In this document: positions 55,412 to 64,000 of the stretch, piece by piece
Position numbering within the stretch: position 1 is the first letter of the stretch
Layout: each line of letters opens with the position of its first letter
Source: Eledone cirrhosa
Taxonomy: Eukaryota
DNA: 64,000 nucleotides
Direction: 5' to 3'
NCBI GenBank assembly: GCA_964016885.1
Contig: OZ024742.1
Coordinates: 370,946,001-371,010,000, forward strand
The notes under the pieces: model-generated
Told to the model about the DNA's origin: nothing
Database searches by the model: none
What the model saw: the letters and a program-made list of their open reading frames with translations, nothing else
Position numbers and translations under genes: made by a program

Positions 55412-55493
55412 GGTAGCGTGGCCGAGCGGTCTAAGGCGCTGGTTTAAGGCACCAGTCTCTTCGGAGGCGTGGGTTCGAATCCCACCGCTGCCA
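55412..55493 (+). tRNA. tRNA-Leu(AAG), consensus copy
   Basis: GGTAGCGTGGCCGAGCGGTCTAAGGCGCTGGTTTAAGGCACCAGTCTCTTCGGAGGCGTGGGTTCGAATCCCACCGCTGCCA, with a T8 terminator at 55500-55507. Confidence 0.97.
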
Positions 55494-55746
55494 ATGATAT
55501 TTTTTTTCAGACTAATTAATATATTTTTTTGTTATTACATATTTTAGGGCAGAGGTTCTCAAAGTTGGCGCTACCGCCCCAGGGACGCTGAGGGTGGGGG
55601 TTTAGAGATGATAACAGTATATTGGATAACAAATAGTATATATATATATAAAAATATTGTAAAATAAAATATATATAATAATTATTTATACAGAGTATAT
55701 GTTGTATTATTTATTATATATAAATTAACGATTTTATTTATTATAT

Positions 55747-56674
55747 ACTAGTTGAATGACCCGGTGTTGCCCAGGTTACTGCTGTCCTTAGATTAGTAAA
55801 CAATAAATATAGAGATATATATTTTTTTTCTCATAATTATTTCAAAATATCTACATTTTATAAAACAAATATCAAAATTGTAATGATAATAGAATTTAGA
55901 AATGACAATCTTGAAGCACCTTGGGTAAACAACATAGAGTTGACCGTGGGAGAAACATGTAGTAGAGAGATGAAGTCCAACTACCTTGAGGGATTGACCC
56001 TGAGATTTGTTCATTGAAATAACTGTTTCTACTTTAGGCACAAGGCCAGCAATTACTCAGTGCATTACTGGTACTTTATTTTATCGACCCCGTAAGGATG
56101 AAAGGCAAAGTCAACCTCGGCGGGATTTGAACACAGATCGTAAAGGGACGTAACTATGCTGGAAAGCATGGCGTCCGACCCTCTACCGATACTGCCAATC
56201 CAACTGAAGCCTCTTAAATTCAATCTTACATACACTCACACACATATACTTGTCAGTCATCACATATATATATGTATGTGTAGATGTGTGTGTGTTTAAT
56301 TCTCTATGTATCTGATTAAATATGTAGGTGAAGACGTATGTGTATGTAACTTACTAAAGCCTAACGTATGTAACGAACGCACAAACACACACACACTCAC
56401 AGACACATACACACTCATATACAAAATGTGACGTCGTCGTTGTCGTCGTGTTATAAAATGTCGTTTACTTATAACCTATAGTATAATATTTTAGATAAAC
56501 TGTTATATTGTTTTAATACAAATGAAAATAAAAATTACATGTTATTAATCCCGGGGTCTAATACTATTGTAAAATTGGATTTGATTTGGTTGAGCCGTTT
56601 GAGAATTAATAAGGTGTTTCAAGATTTTCATTTCTAACAGACAGAGAGACAAAGAATGTTATATAGAGAGAGAT
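55747..56674. mobile_element. Helitron/Helentron-like non-autonomous element with a Pif1-helicase remnant
   Basis: One end reads ACTAG...ACCCGGTGTTGCCCAGG; the other reads GGTTGAGCCGTTT...ACAGACAGA...AGAT. Minus-strand [29 protein letters not shown] (~55930-56015) is the Pif1 C-terminal motif. Confidence 0.65.
56017..56203 (-). mobile_element. tRNA-derived SINE, near full length
   Basis: Close match to 50660-50845. Confidence 0.85.
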
Positions 56675-56791
56675 TATTTACAATTTTCGTGTAGGCAGGT
56701 CTCTCTGGAAATAGGGATGGGGGGGGGGGGGGGGCTGAGAGTTTTACGTCACCATGAGAGGGGGGGACAAAAAGTTTGAGAAGCTCTGTTT

Positions 56792-56987
56792 TAGGAGGTG
56801 GATTGGCAATATAGTTAGGACTCTTTACGTTCTACATTCGATTCCCGCCAGAGTAATCTTTGCCCTTCATCCTTTAGTGGTTGATAAAATAAAATACCAG
56901 TCACGTACTGGCGTCAATATAATCGACCCCCCCCCCCCTAAAAAAAAAACAATTACTGGCCTTGTGCCAAGTGTAGAAATAGTTATT
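56792..56987 (+). mobile_element. Diverged SINE of a related subfamily
   Basis: GGATTGGCAAT...TTCGATTCCCGCC...TTTGCCCTTCATCC...GATAAAATAAAATACCAGT...GGCCTTGTGCCAA. Confidence 0.7.
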
Positions 56988-57831
56988 ACATATTTTGAAA
57001 ATATAAGTGAGTACATTTTACAAGTCTTCTGTATTTATGTGTAACGGAATACTCCTGTTTTACCGGCGAAGAAGATTGGAAACCGAATCTGAGGGTTCTC
57101 GCCTCTAGAACCACCTATTGTTGGGAGTTTCCCACCATTGTCCTGTCAAGAGACAAAGTGTGATAAACGTACATACCACTTCACCTGTGACCCCAGGTTC
57201 CTGGCAGATGAAACACACATGGCTTCTCATAAATCAACCCATATACACATCCTTCTAGCTATCGGGTTATTATAAATTCAAGTACTTGGGGAATCCACCA
57301 GAGAGACCACGAAGCAGCGGTCTGTGAGAGGTTAACGATGTAGCCATTCACGTTTACTCTTTCTGGCCTTACAGGCTCTCACCTTCTCGGCCACAGACTA
57401 CACCACCAGACATAGTGATAACACAGAAAAGAGAAGAAAGTTCTGCTAACACTGTGAAATTTCTCTTCACGAAAACCAGTTTATTTACTATGCTCTCACA
57501 TTTCATACCAGCCCGACAATTTGACCACTACTACGGGAATAACGTATACTAAGAATAGACACACACACACACATAGTCGGTTTCATTTGTTTACGTCTAC
57601 GCTTTATCTATTCCTCCATCTCCCTATCATATTGTACTACTGTAAGATACAACACAACTTTTACTATATCGTTTTCTGTGATACATGCATTGACGCTAGC
57701 TCGAAGTAGCTAGTCAACAAATTAATGTAGTGATAATTGCTGTCACAATTTTATTATTCGATGTTCGATGTACCAACAAGTGAATATTGTTATTGTAAAA
57801 TATACATTGTCAACATCACAATTCTAGCATT

Positions 57832-58017
57832 TGGATTGGCAGTTTCGGTAGAGGGTCGGACGCCATGCTTTGAAGCATAGAGTTACCTCCCTGTATGATC
57901 TGAGTTCAAATCCCGCCGAGGTTAACTTTGCCTTTCATCCTTACGGGGTCGATAAAATAAAGTACCAGTAATGCACTGGGTAATTGCTGGCCTTGTGCCA
58001 AAAGTAGAAACAATTAT
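57832..58017 (+). mobile_element. tRNA-derived SINE, near full length
   Basis: Near-exact reverse complement of 50660-50843. A and B boxes are present. Confidence 0.88.
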
Positions 58018-58327
58018 TCTTTTTATCATTCATCCTGAAAAGAATACATTTATCCACTACATATGTATTTCGACTGAAAACACCCCAGCTTTTGTATTCT
58101 TTTATGATTGTTTGTTTGTTTGTTTTTCTTTTTCTTTTTCTTTTTCTTTTTCTTTTTCCTTTTTCTTTTTTTTTGGGGGGGGGGGGGGGGTATTTCGTGA
58201 CGTCACATATTCCGACACGTCTCCCGGTGCCAACCTCAACGTTTTGGCCACAGGAGGAAAGGAAGAGTTTGAATATACACACATAAGAAAAAATATTCAA
58301 TCATCAATACTTCAATGATCCGAGCAG

Positions 58328-58951
58328 TGTAGGAGAATATTCTCTAGGTTGGAGGACCTCTCGCGGGCACAAACCGTGATCCCAGCAGACTAAATGGAGA
58401 AAGCGTTGCCTCGGGGGATAGTGAGGGAGAAGCGTTAAAATAACCGTTCCAACTCACAAGACTCACTCCTGCGGGGGACAACTCCGTCCCGATAGCTGTG
58501 AGTAGGGAGGTGATACGGGCCAAGAATGCCGGAAATTTCCACCGCTACAGGGTTCTACACTGGGCAACATTGATTTTAACACAGAGAAGTAGAAGAGAAC
58601 TAATATGTCAGCCATGGATTGGCCGTTTCCGGTCTCGGTTGACGTCAAGACTTCTGGTGTCCTTGGTCCCTGGACTGCTGCTTTCCTCAGCAAAATCGAG
58701 AGGATGACATCAAGCTAGAAGAAAGAACCCTCGTGAAGTGAAGTGGGATATCTGATGCATGAAATGGGTATCGCTGGCTGCTCTCCGCAGATAAGAGCTC
58801 AGTCAAAAATGTAGAGCTTGTTCGTCTCCCCGTTTCTCTCCCCTATTGTTATTCTAGCCCACTCCACCACCATTTTTTTCTCGTCCTGTTTGTAAATATA
58901 AACGAAGATTAAATGGGAATAACCGAAAGTAAACATTGATGATGTTCTACA
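58328..58951 (+). mobile_element. Candidate solo LTR (624 bp)
   Basis: Starts TGTAGGA and ends TTCTACA (TG..CA, 6/7 inverted match). It has a GC-rich body and ATTAAA near the 3' end. No TSD seen. Confidence 0.3.
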
Positions 58952-59104
58952 AGTGAATCAAAGATCCAGTCTTCGGCGATACGAGAAGGCCAGTAATGGT
59001 TTCTAACATTTGTTGCCACGAAGTCGCAAACTTTCCGATGGGGTTACGATCGATTTAAACGAAAAGATACATGATAGTCACGGCTGATATGTCTAAGATA
59101 TCTT

Positions 59105-59250
59105 TACGGTTTGAAATCAAATTCCGTTGAGGTCAACTTTGCGTTCCATGCTTCTATGTTTGGTAAAATACAGTACCAGTCACGTACTGAGGTCGATTTA
59201 ATCAACTTCCGCCTCCTCCCCAAGTTATTGTGCCAAAATCAGAAACCTTT
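59105..59250 (+). mobile_element. Old SINE remnant
   Basis: TCAAATTCCGTTGAGGTCAACTTTGC...TAAAATACAGTACCAGTCACGTACTG...TTGTGCCAAAA. Confidence 0.6.
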
Positions 59251-59707
59251 AAATAAATAAATAATTGTTATATGTTCTACCATTGTTCTACTCCCCTCCC
59301 GCCAAACAACCAGAATTAGTCGTTTAGTTTACATACTGAGACCCCCAACACATTATATTTCTTTTATAACATATGGGATTTCTAGCAATGTACTTTTTTG
59401 GTCATGCCTAAAGAATATTAACTGTCGCAGGAATGCTACCACTTAAAATAAAATTTCACCGGAGACAGATTGGCAAAATTTAATAAGCAGGGTGCTGGAA
59501 TAAGAGCGGGGGGGGGGGGGGGGGACGGACGTTTATTCGAGACCCGAGAGTACATATATATATAAATATACAAATACGCATGGTGGTTTATTACAGTTGC
59601 TTCCATTTCTCTTACGCACCTTTAAAATTATAGAAAAAAAAATATAGACAGAATGGGTGAAATAAACAATAAGACGTAAAAAAAAAAAAAAGGCGAAAAA
59701 TATTTCA

Positions 59708-59789
59708 TGGCAGCGGTGGGATTCGAACCCACGCCTCCGAGGAGACTGGTGCCTTAAACCAGCGCCTTAGACCGCTCGGCCACGCTACC
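59708..59789 (-). tRNA. tRNA-Leu(AAG)
   Basis: Reverse complement of the consensus with one T>C in the variable arm. The plus-strand A-runs at 59696-59700 and 59678-59691 form the terminator. Confidence 0.95.
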
Positions 59790-60009
59790 AGTTGACTAAA
59801 AATGAGATAAAATTAATTATATAAAATCATTGTAGATATTAACTTTGCATCTATAATAATCTTGGGTTCTTTTTTAATTGCATTTTATATATAATTAGAA
59901 CTAAACGTTGTTTCGTTGCGTTGAATAAAGTCAGTAGTGTTTACTGATGCCTTATAAAACGTTTGCTGTTCTGATATATTGAATATAATATGTGTGTGTG
60001 TATATAATG

Positions 60010-60012
<3 letters not shown>

Positions 60013-60098
<86 letters not shown>

Positions 60099-60121
60099 AT
60101 GTAATATATATATATATATAT
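60013..60121. repeat. (TA)n microsatellite
   Basis: Read directly. Similar tracts lie at 51418-51450, 60264-60361 and 61888-61956. Confidence 0.95.
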
Positions 60122-60176
60122 GCGATTCCTGATGATTTCTAAAGAATGAAACAGTTCTAGTTCTGTAGAATCTCAT
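60120..60176 (+). ncRNA. Type-I hammerhead ribozyme fold
   Basis: Stem I ATGCGATTC/GAATCTCAT; CTGATGA at 60129-60135; stem II TTC-TAAA-GAA; GAAA at 60148-60151; stem III ACAG/CTGT; predicted cut after GTA at 60167. Confidence 0.75.
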
Positions 60177-60300
60177 CTATATTAAAACTTTTATACTCTC
60201 GTCTATGTATTAAGTACCTTACTTACTGTGGTTACCTCCGATTCAACCCGGAATAACTTACCTATATATATATATATATATATAAACAGACATACATACC

Positions 60301-60367
<67 letters not shown>

Positions 60368-60930
60368 TGTAGCCAGTGAAGAAATCATATTTATTATTAT
60401 TTTATAATAAATACAATTGGCTATGGCTAGGAACCTCACAAATAAAACGTACCAAAGTATACGGAATATTTAATTAGGTTTGGTACCAACGTAAATATTC
60501 TACGAAAGAACTATTTTCGAGCACTGCTAATGATTTCGTGGTGTCAATCATAACATATATAACATAAATATATCTAATGATTCAGTATGATCCACAGAAC
60601 TATTATAAACGTATATTAATGATTATTTATGTATATATAAAACTGACTATATGAGCCAGTGGCTATAGTTTTATCACGTGCGTGTGTGCTTTGATAACAT
60701 TTATTGCTTTGCAACCGTTTCAATATAACATACGACTATTACACATTCAGGCAAAAGTAATAAAAGGTTGAATAAGTATTTATATACATACACACACATA
60801 TATTGTATAATATATACCTAGTGCGACAATCGGCCGTACATCATACCATAAGGGTTAACTAAACACTTTGAGGCAAGCCAACACGCAGCATTGCCACCGG
60901 TGATGGCGGGGCTAAGGCACTGATAACATC

Positions 60931-61033
60931 TAATTGTTTCTACGTTAGGCACAAGGCCAGCAATTTCAGTGCATTACTGGTACTTTATTTTATCGACCCT
61001 GTAAGGATGAAAGGCAAAGTTAACCTCGGCGGG
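60931..61033 (-). mobile_element. Headless SINE copy
   Basis: Matches the 3' half of the SINE family and stops at CTCGGCGGG. Confidence 0.8.
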
Positions 61034-61884
61034 AATCTGGTTTAGTTTCCCAGAAAGCCGTAGAAAGTATCTGAAGTAAATATGTCTCGGGTGCCAGAAA
61101 AAAACCTCACATCGTAAAAATTAAAACCAAATTTGAATATAAAGATTTAATTTGTTCTTTATCAGACAAATTACATTTCATAATGTTAGTCATTAAAAAC
61201 AATACATAGTTATTCTTTTATCATTTACTGTTTTTTATTGCTGTGTGGAAGTTTGTTTTGTGTTAGAAATAAGGATTTTGTTCATATCTCACAGTGCTTC
61301 TCTTTCTCTCGTTGTAATTTATTTTTTCTCGCATATAAATGTGAAGTGTAATGCCGATGTTTGGAATAAAATATGTTCATTAAAATATTAGACTATATAT
61401 GTGAATATGGCATAACTTTAGCATAGCGCGTTTAAATATGACGAAGAGACAGAGATCGCTATTTCTAGATTAATAATATAGATGCTACTCAATATTAATA
61501 ATTAATAACAAATTTGAAAAACAACATTTTTAATGGCATAGGCATAGTTTCGTTTCGTTTCGTTTCAGCTTCCTGTCGTCTATAGTTTTAAATGTGTCTA
61601 ATTCAACTGAGGATTCGTTCCACTGAAAGATATGTTATTATATATAATGGCTATATTATACTGGATAAAAACTTTGTGTATAATAAATATATGTGGACAA
61701 ATATAGAGAGGTATCGAGGGATTCTTGTGAGGGTGCTTGGCTATCCCAACGCATCAGTCTCGCTATCACCCTCTGTAACACTGTCTGTTCTTGTGTTGCT
61801 TCGAAAAAGAAATGAAATTCTATACATCAACCTTCCCAGTTGTAGTGTGTAATTCAGGGAATGTGCATACCTCTTATTTTAGTC

Positions 61885-61954
<70 letters not shown>

Positions 61955-61960
<6 letters not shown>

Positions 61961-62667
61961 GGAAAAAATGAAACGATATTTCATTTCCCACTCTTAGTAC
62001 GGCTGTTACTTAAATATAAGTATGTACACGTACATACTTATATGTATACCGACGTACAGTAGTATGTATATATATATATACATACATGCACACATATATA
62101 TATGCACGTATGGATGTTTGTTTACAAACACACCGAGCATTATAATAAATATTCGGTGAATCCATACGTGCATATATATATGTGTGCATGTATGTATATA
62201 TATACATACTACTGTACGTCGGTATACATATATGTATGTACGTGTACATACTTATATTTAAGTAACAGCCGTACTAAGAGTGGGAAATGAAATATCGTTT
62301 CATTTTTTCCGTTTATCGTTTTCGGTGCACCCGGCCGATTAACCCACTCGATATGCAAATTGGGCTACTCAGCCGTTAATATGCATAAGGTAAGTATATA
62401 CGTTCAACAATCTGGCAGGAAGGTATACGTTGCTGACGATAGCTAACAAGCTTGAAACTAGTACAGCGTTCCTTTGTCAGTGTTGAACAAACGAGCAACG
62501 GTGGTTGCTAGACACTACGGCTTAATACGGGATGTTTGTTTACAAACACACCGAGCATTATAATAAATATTCGGTGAATCCATACGTGCATATATATATG
62601 TGTGCATGTATGTATATATATATATATATACATACTACTGTACGTCGGTATACATATATGTATGTAC

Positions 62668-62675
<8 letters not shown>
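61955..62675 (+). mobile_element. Penelope-type pLTR / non-LTR retrozyme-like unit: inverted arm plus ~1.35 tandem copies of a ~418-bp monomer
   Basis: 61955-62115 is the reverse complement of 62160-62316. 62112-62250 is repeated directly at 62530-62675. A hammerhead lies in the unique part. Confidence 0.65.
62402..62488 (+). ncRNA. Type-I hammerhead ribozyme fold with long stem I
   Basis: CTGACGA at 62433-62439; stem II AGCT-AACA-AGCT; GAAAC at 62454-62458; palindromic stem III ACTAGT; predicted cut after GTA at 62463. Stem I is ACGTTG/CAGCGT, extended by AAGG/CCTT, CTGGCA/TGTCAG and GTTCAACA/TGTTGAAC. Confidence 0.8.
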
Positions 62676-62700
<25 letters not shown>

Positions 62701-62709
<9 letters not shown>

Positions 62710-62821
62710 GGTATAGAAAATATTGTAGCAAAAGACCAGAGCCGTTTTATATATATATATATATATATATATAAAACGGCTCTGGCCTTTTGCTACAATA
62801 TTTTCTACACCTTTCATATAT
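62701..62821. repeat. Palindrome with ~45-bp arms around (AT)n
   Basis: TGAAAGGTATAGAAAATATTGTAGCAAAAGACCAGAGCCGTTTT versus AAAACGGCTCTGGCCTTTTGCTACAATATTTTCTACACCTTTCA, with 2 mismatches. Confidence 0.9.
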
Positions 62822-62827
62822 ATATAT

Positions 62828-64000
62828 ATCATCATCATCATCATCATCATCATCATTTTACGTCTGCTTTTCCCTGCTTGCAAGGGTGGGACGGGTCTTA
62901 TTCAGCACAGCATCTCTCCACTCGTCACGGTCCCTCGTCATCTCCACCGTGAGCTTCAATGATCTGAGGTCTGTTCTCACCACCTCCGCCCATGTTTTTC
63001 GTGGTCTACCTCTACCACGTCTTCCTTCAACTGGCATTTCCTGGCACTTCTTCACCCATCGGTCATCCTCCATGCGCATCACATGTCCATACCAGCTCAG
63101 TCTCCTCTCCCGTACACTACATTCTATCCCTCTCAGACACAGTTTCTCTCTCAACACATTTATGCTGGGTCGTTCACGCACATTTACACTGCACATCCAA
63201 TGGAGCATGCTTGCCTCATTTCTCTCCAGCCGTCGCATATCCTCTGCGGTTGCTGCCCATGTCTCACTACCATGCAGCATCGCGCTCCTCACACAGGCAT
63301 CATACAACCGGCCTTTCATACGCAGGGAGAAACCCTTCTTCGTCAACAGAGGAAGCAGCTCCCTAAACTTCTTCCAACCCGTCCTTATTCTAGATACTAT
63401 GGCCTCGGAACACCCTCCTCCCATGCTAATCTGATCTCCTAGGTACCGGAAGCTATCCACCACTTCTATAGCGCCCTCTCGCATTTGAAAAATGTGTCTA
63501 TCAGTGCAACTTCTACTGTCTAATTTCCCTGTACATCTACTGCATACATATTTCTCCCTACCTGTTAGTTTGCCTGCTATCCCGCTACATCTCTTGTGTA
63601 CCCAGGACCTGCATTGTGTGCATTTTATAGAATTTATGCCAGTTCCTTTTCTGCATATCGAACATGGCCATTTCCCTGACGGAATCAGGGTTTTGTCCTC
63701 TTTTCTACTCATCAACACTTTTGTCTTAGCTAGATTTACTCTCAGTCCTCTTGCTTCCAACTGCTGTTTCCATAGCCGGAATTTATTCTCTAGCTCCTCT
63801 ACTGATTCTGCCATAAGAGCCAGATCGTCAGGATAGAGAAGTTCCCATGGACAGCCAGTCTTAAACTCCTCTGTTATGGCTTGGAGGACTATAATGAACA
63901 AGAGCGGGCTGAGGACCGAACCCTGATGTACTCCTACTTGTATCTGGAATTCCTCACTAAACTCCATTCCTACCCTGACTTTACTGAGAGTACCTCTGTA
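62828..64000 (-). mobile_element. RTE-clade LINE 3' portion with a (GAT)n tail, continuing beyond the window
   Basis: The ORF ends directly before the (ATC)n tract at 62828-62856. Confidence 0.9.
62858..64000 (-). CDS. RTE reverse transcriptase C-terminal part with an embedded PHD-like finger (partial)
   Basis: GVHQGSVLSPLLF, LLYPDDLAL, NLAKTKV, FRYLG, LHGSETW, WYGHVMRM, RGRGRPRKTW. The frame is open to the window edge. Confidence 0.9.
   Translation of the reverse strand, partial: YRGTLSKVRVGMEFSEEFQIQVGVHQGSVLSPLLFIIVLQAITEEFKTGCPWELLYPDDLALMAESVEELENKFRLWKQQLEARGLRVNLAKTKVLMSRKEDKTLIPSGKWPCSICRKGTGINSIKCTQCRSWVHKRCSGIAGKLTGREKYVCSRCTGKLDSRSCTDRHIFQMREGAIEVVDSFRYLGDQISMGGGCSEAIVSRIRTGWKKFRELLPLLTKKGFSLRMKGRLYDACVRSAMLHGSETWAATAEDMRRLERNEASMLHWMCSVNVRERPSINVLREKLCLRGIECSVRERRLSWYGHVMRMEDDRWVKKCQEMPVEGRRGRGRPRKTWAEVVRTDLRSLKLTVEMTRDRDEWRDAVLNKTRPTLASREKQT

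Larger units (their letters stand above)
55550..56788. mobile_element. Non-autonomous hAT (Charlie-like) DNA transposon carrying nested insertions
   Basis: TIRs CAGAGGTTCTCAAAGTT and AAGTTTGAGAAGCTCTG. The 8-bp flanks TTTTAGGG and TTTTAGGA match at 7/8, consistent with a TSD. Confidence 0.8.

Noticed and set aside
57040-57545. Possible second LTR starting TGTAACGG
   Set aside because: No matching CA terminus, TSD or PBS could be identified.
59480-59552. DNA-transposon TIR-like end (TTATTCGAGACCCGAGAGTA)
   Set aside because: No partner terminus was found in the window.
59942-59965. CTGATGCCTTATAAAACG as a fourth hammerhead
   Set aside because: Both core boxes are broken and stem II is missing.
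62353-62360. Octamer ATGCAAAT
   Set aside because: A single 8-mer in AT-rich DNA with no snRNA gene nearby; expected by chance.

Overview
Eukaryotic (animal) repeat-rich DNA with no intact host protein-coding gene. The SINE and LINE content resembles what I recall from octopus/cephalopod genomes; I could not verify this. Positions 1-45032 are one uninterrupted array of a 58-bp satellite (about 775 monomers) with layered higher-order periods (869, 6724, 2436, 1044 and 2784 bp). The array ends abruptly against a ~600-bp degenerate telomere-like hexamer tract (CTAACN, ending CCCTAA). A decayed CRE-clade non-LTR retrotransposon follows; that clade includes the telomere-inserting fungal elements MoTeR and Cnl1. 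The remaining 18 kb holds four full-length tRNA-Leu(AAG) genes and one half-gene fused to a LINE end. It also holds Gypsy gag, CR1, R4/Dong and RTE fragments, tRNA-derived SINEs, and a nested hAT > Helitron-like > SINE stack. Three type-I hammerhead ribozyme folds are present; one sits in a tandem-plus-inverted unit of about 418 bp resembling a Penelope-type pLTR or non-LTR retrozyme. All family assignments come from motif recognition by eye, with no database search.
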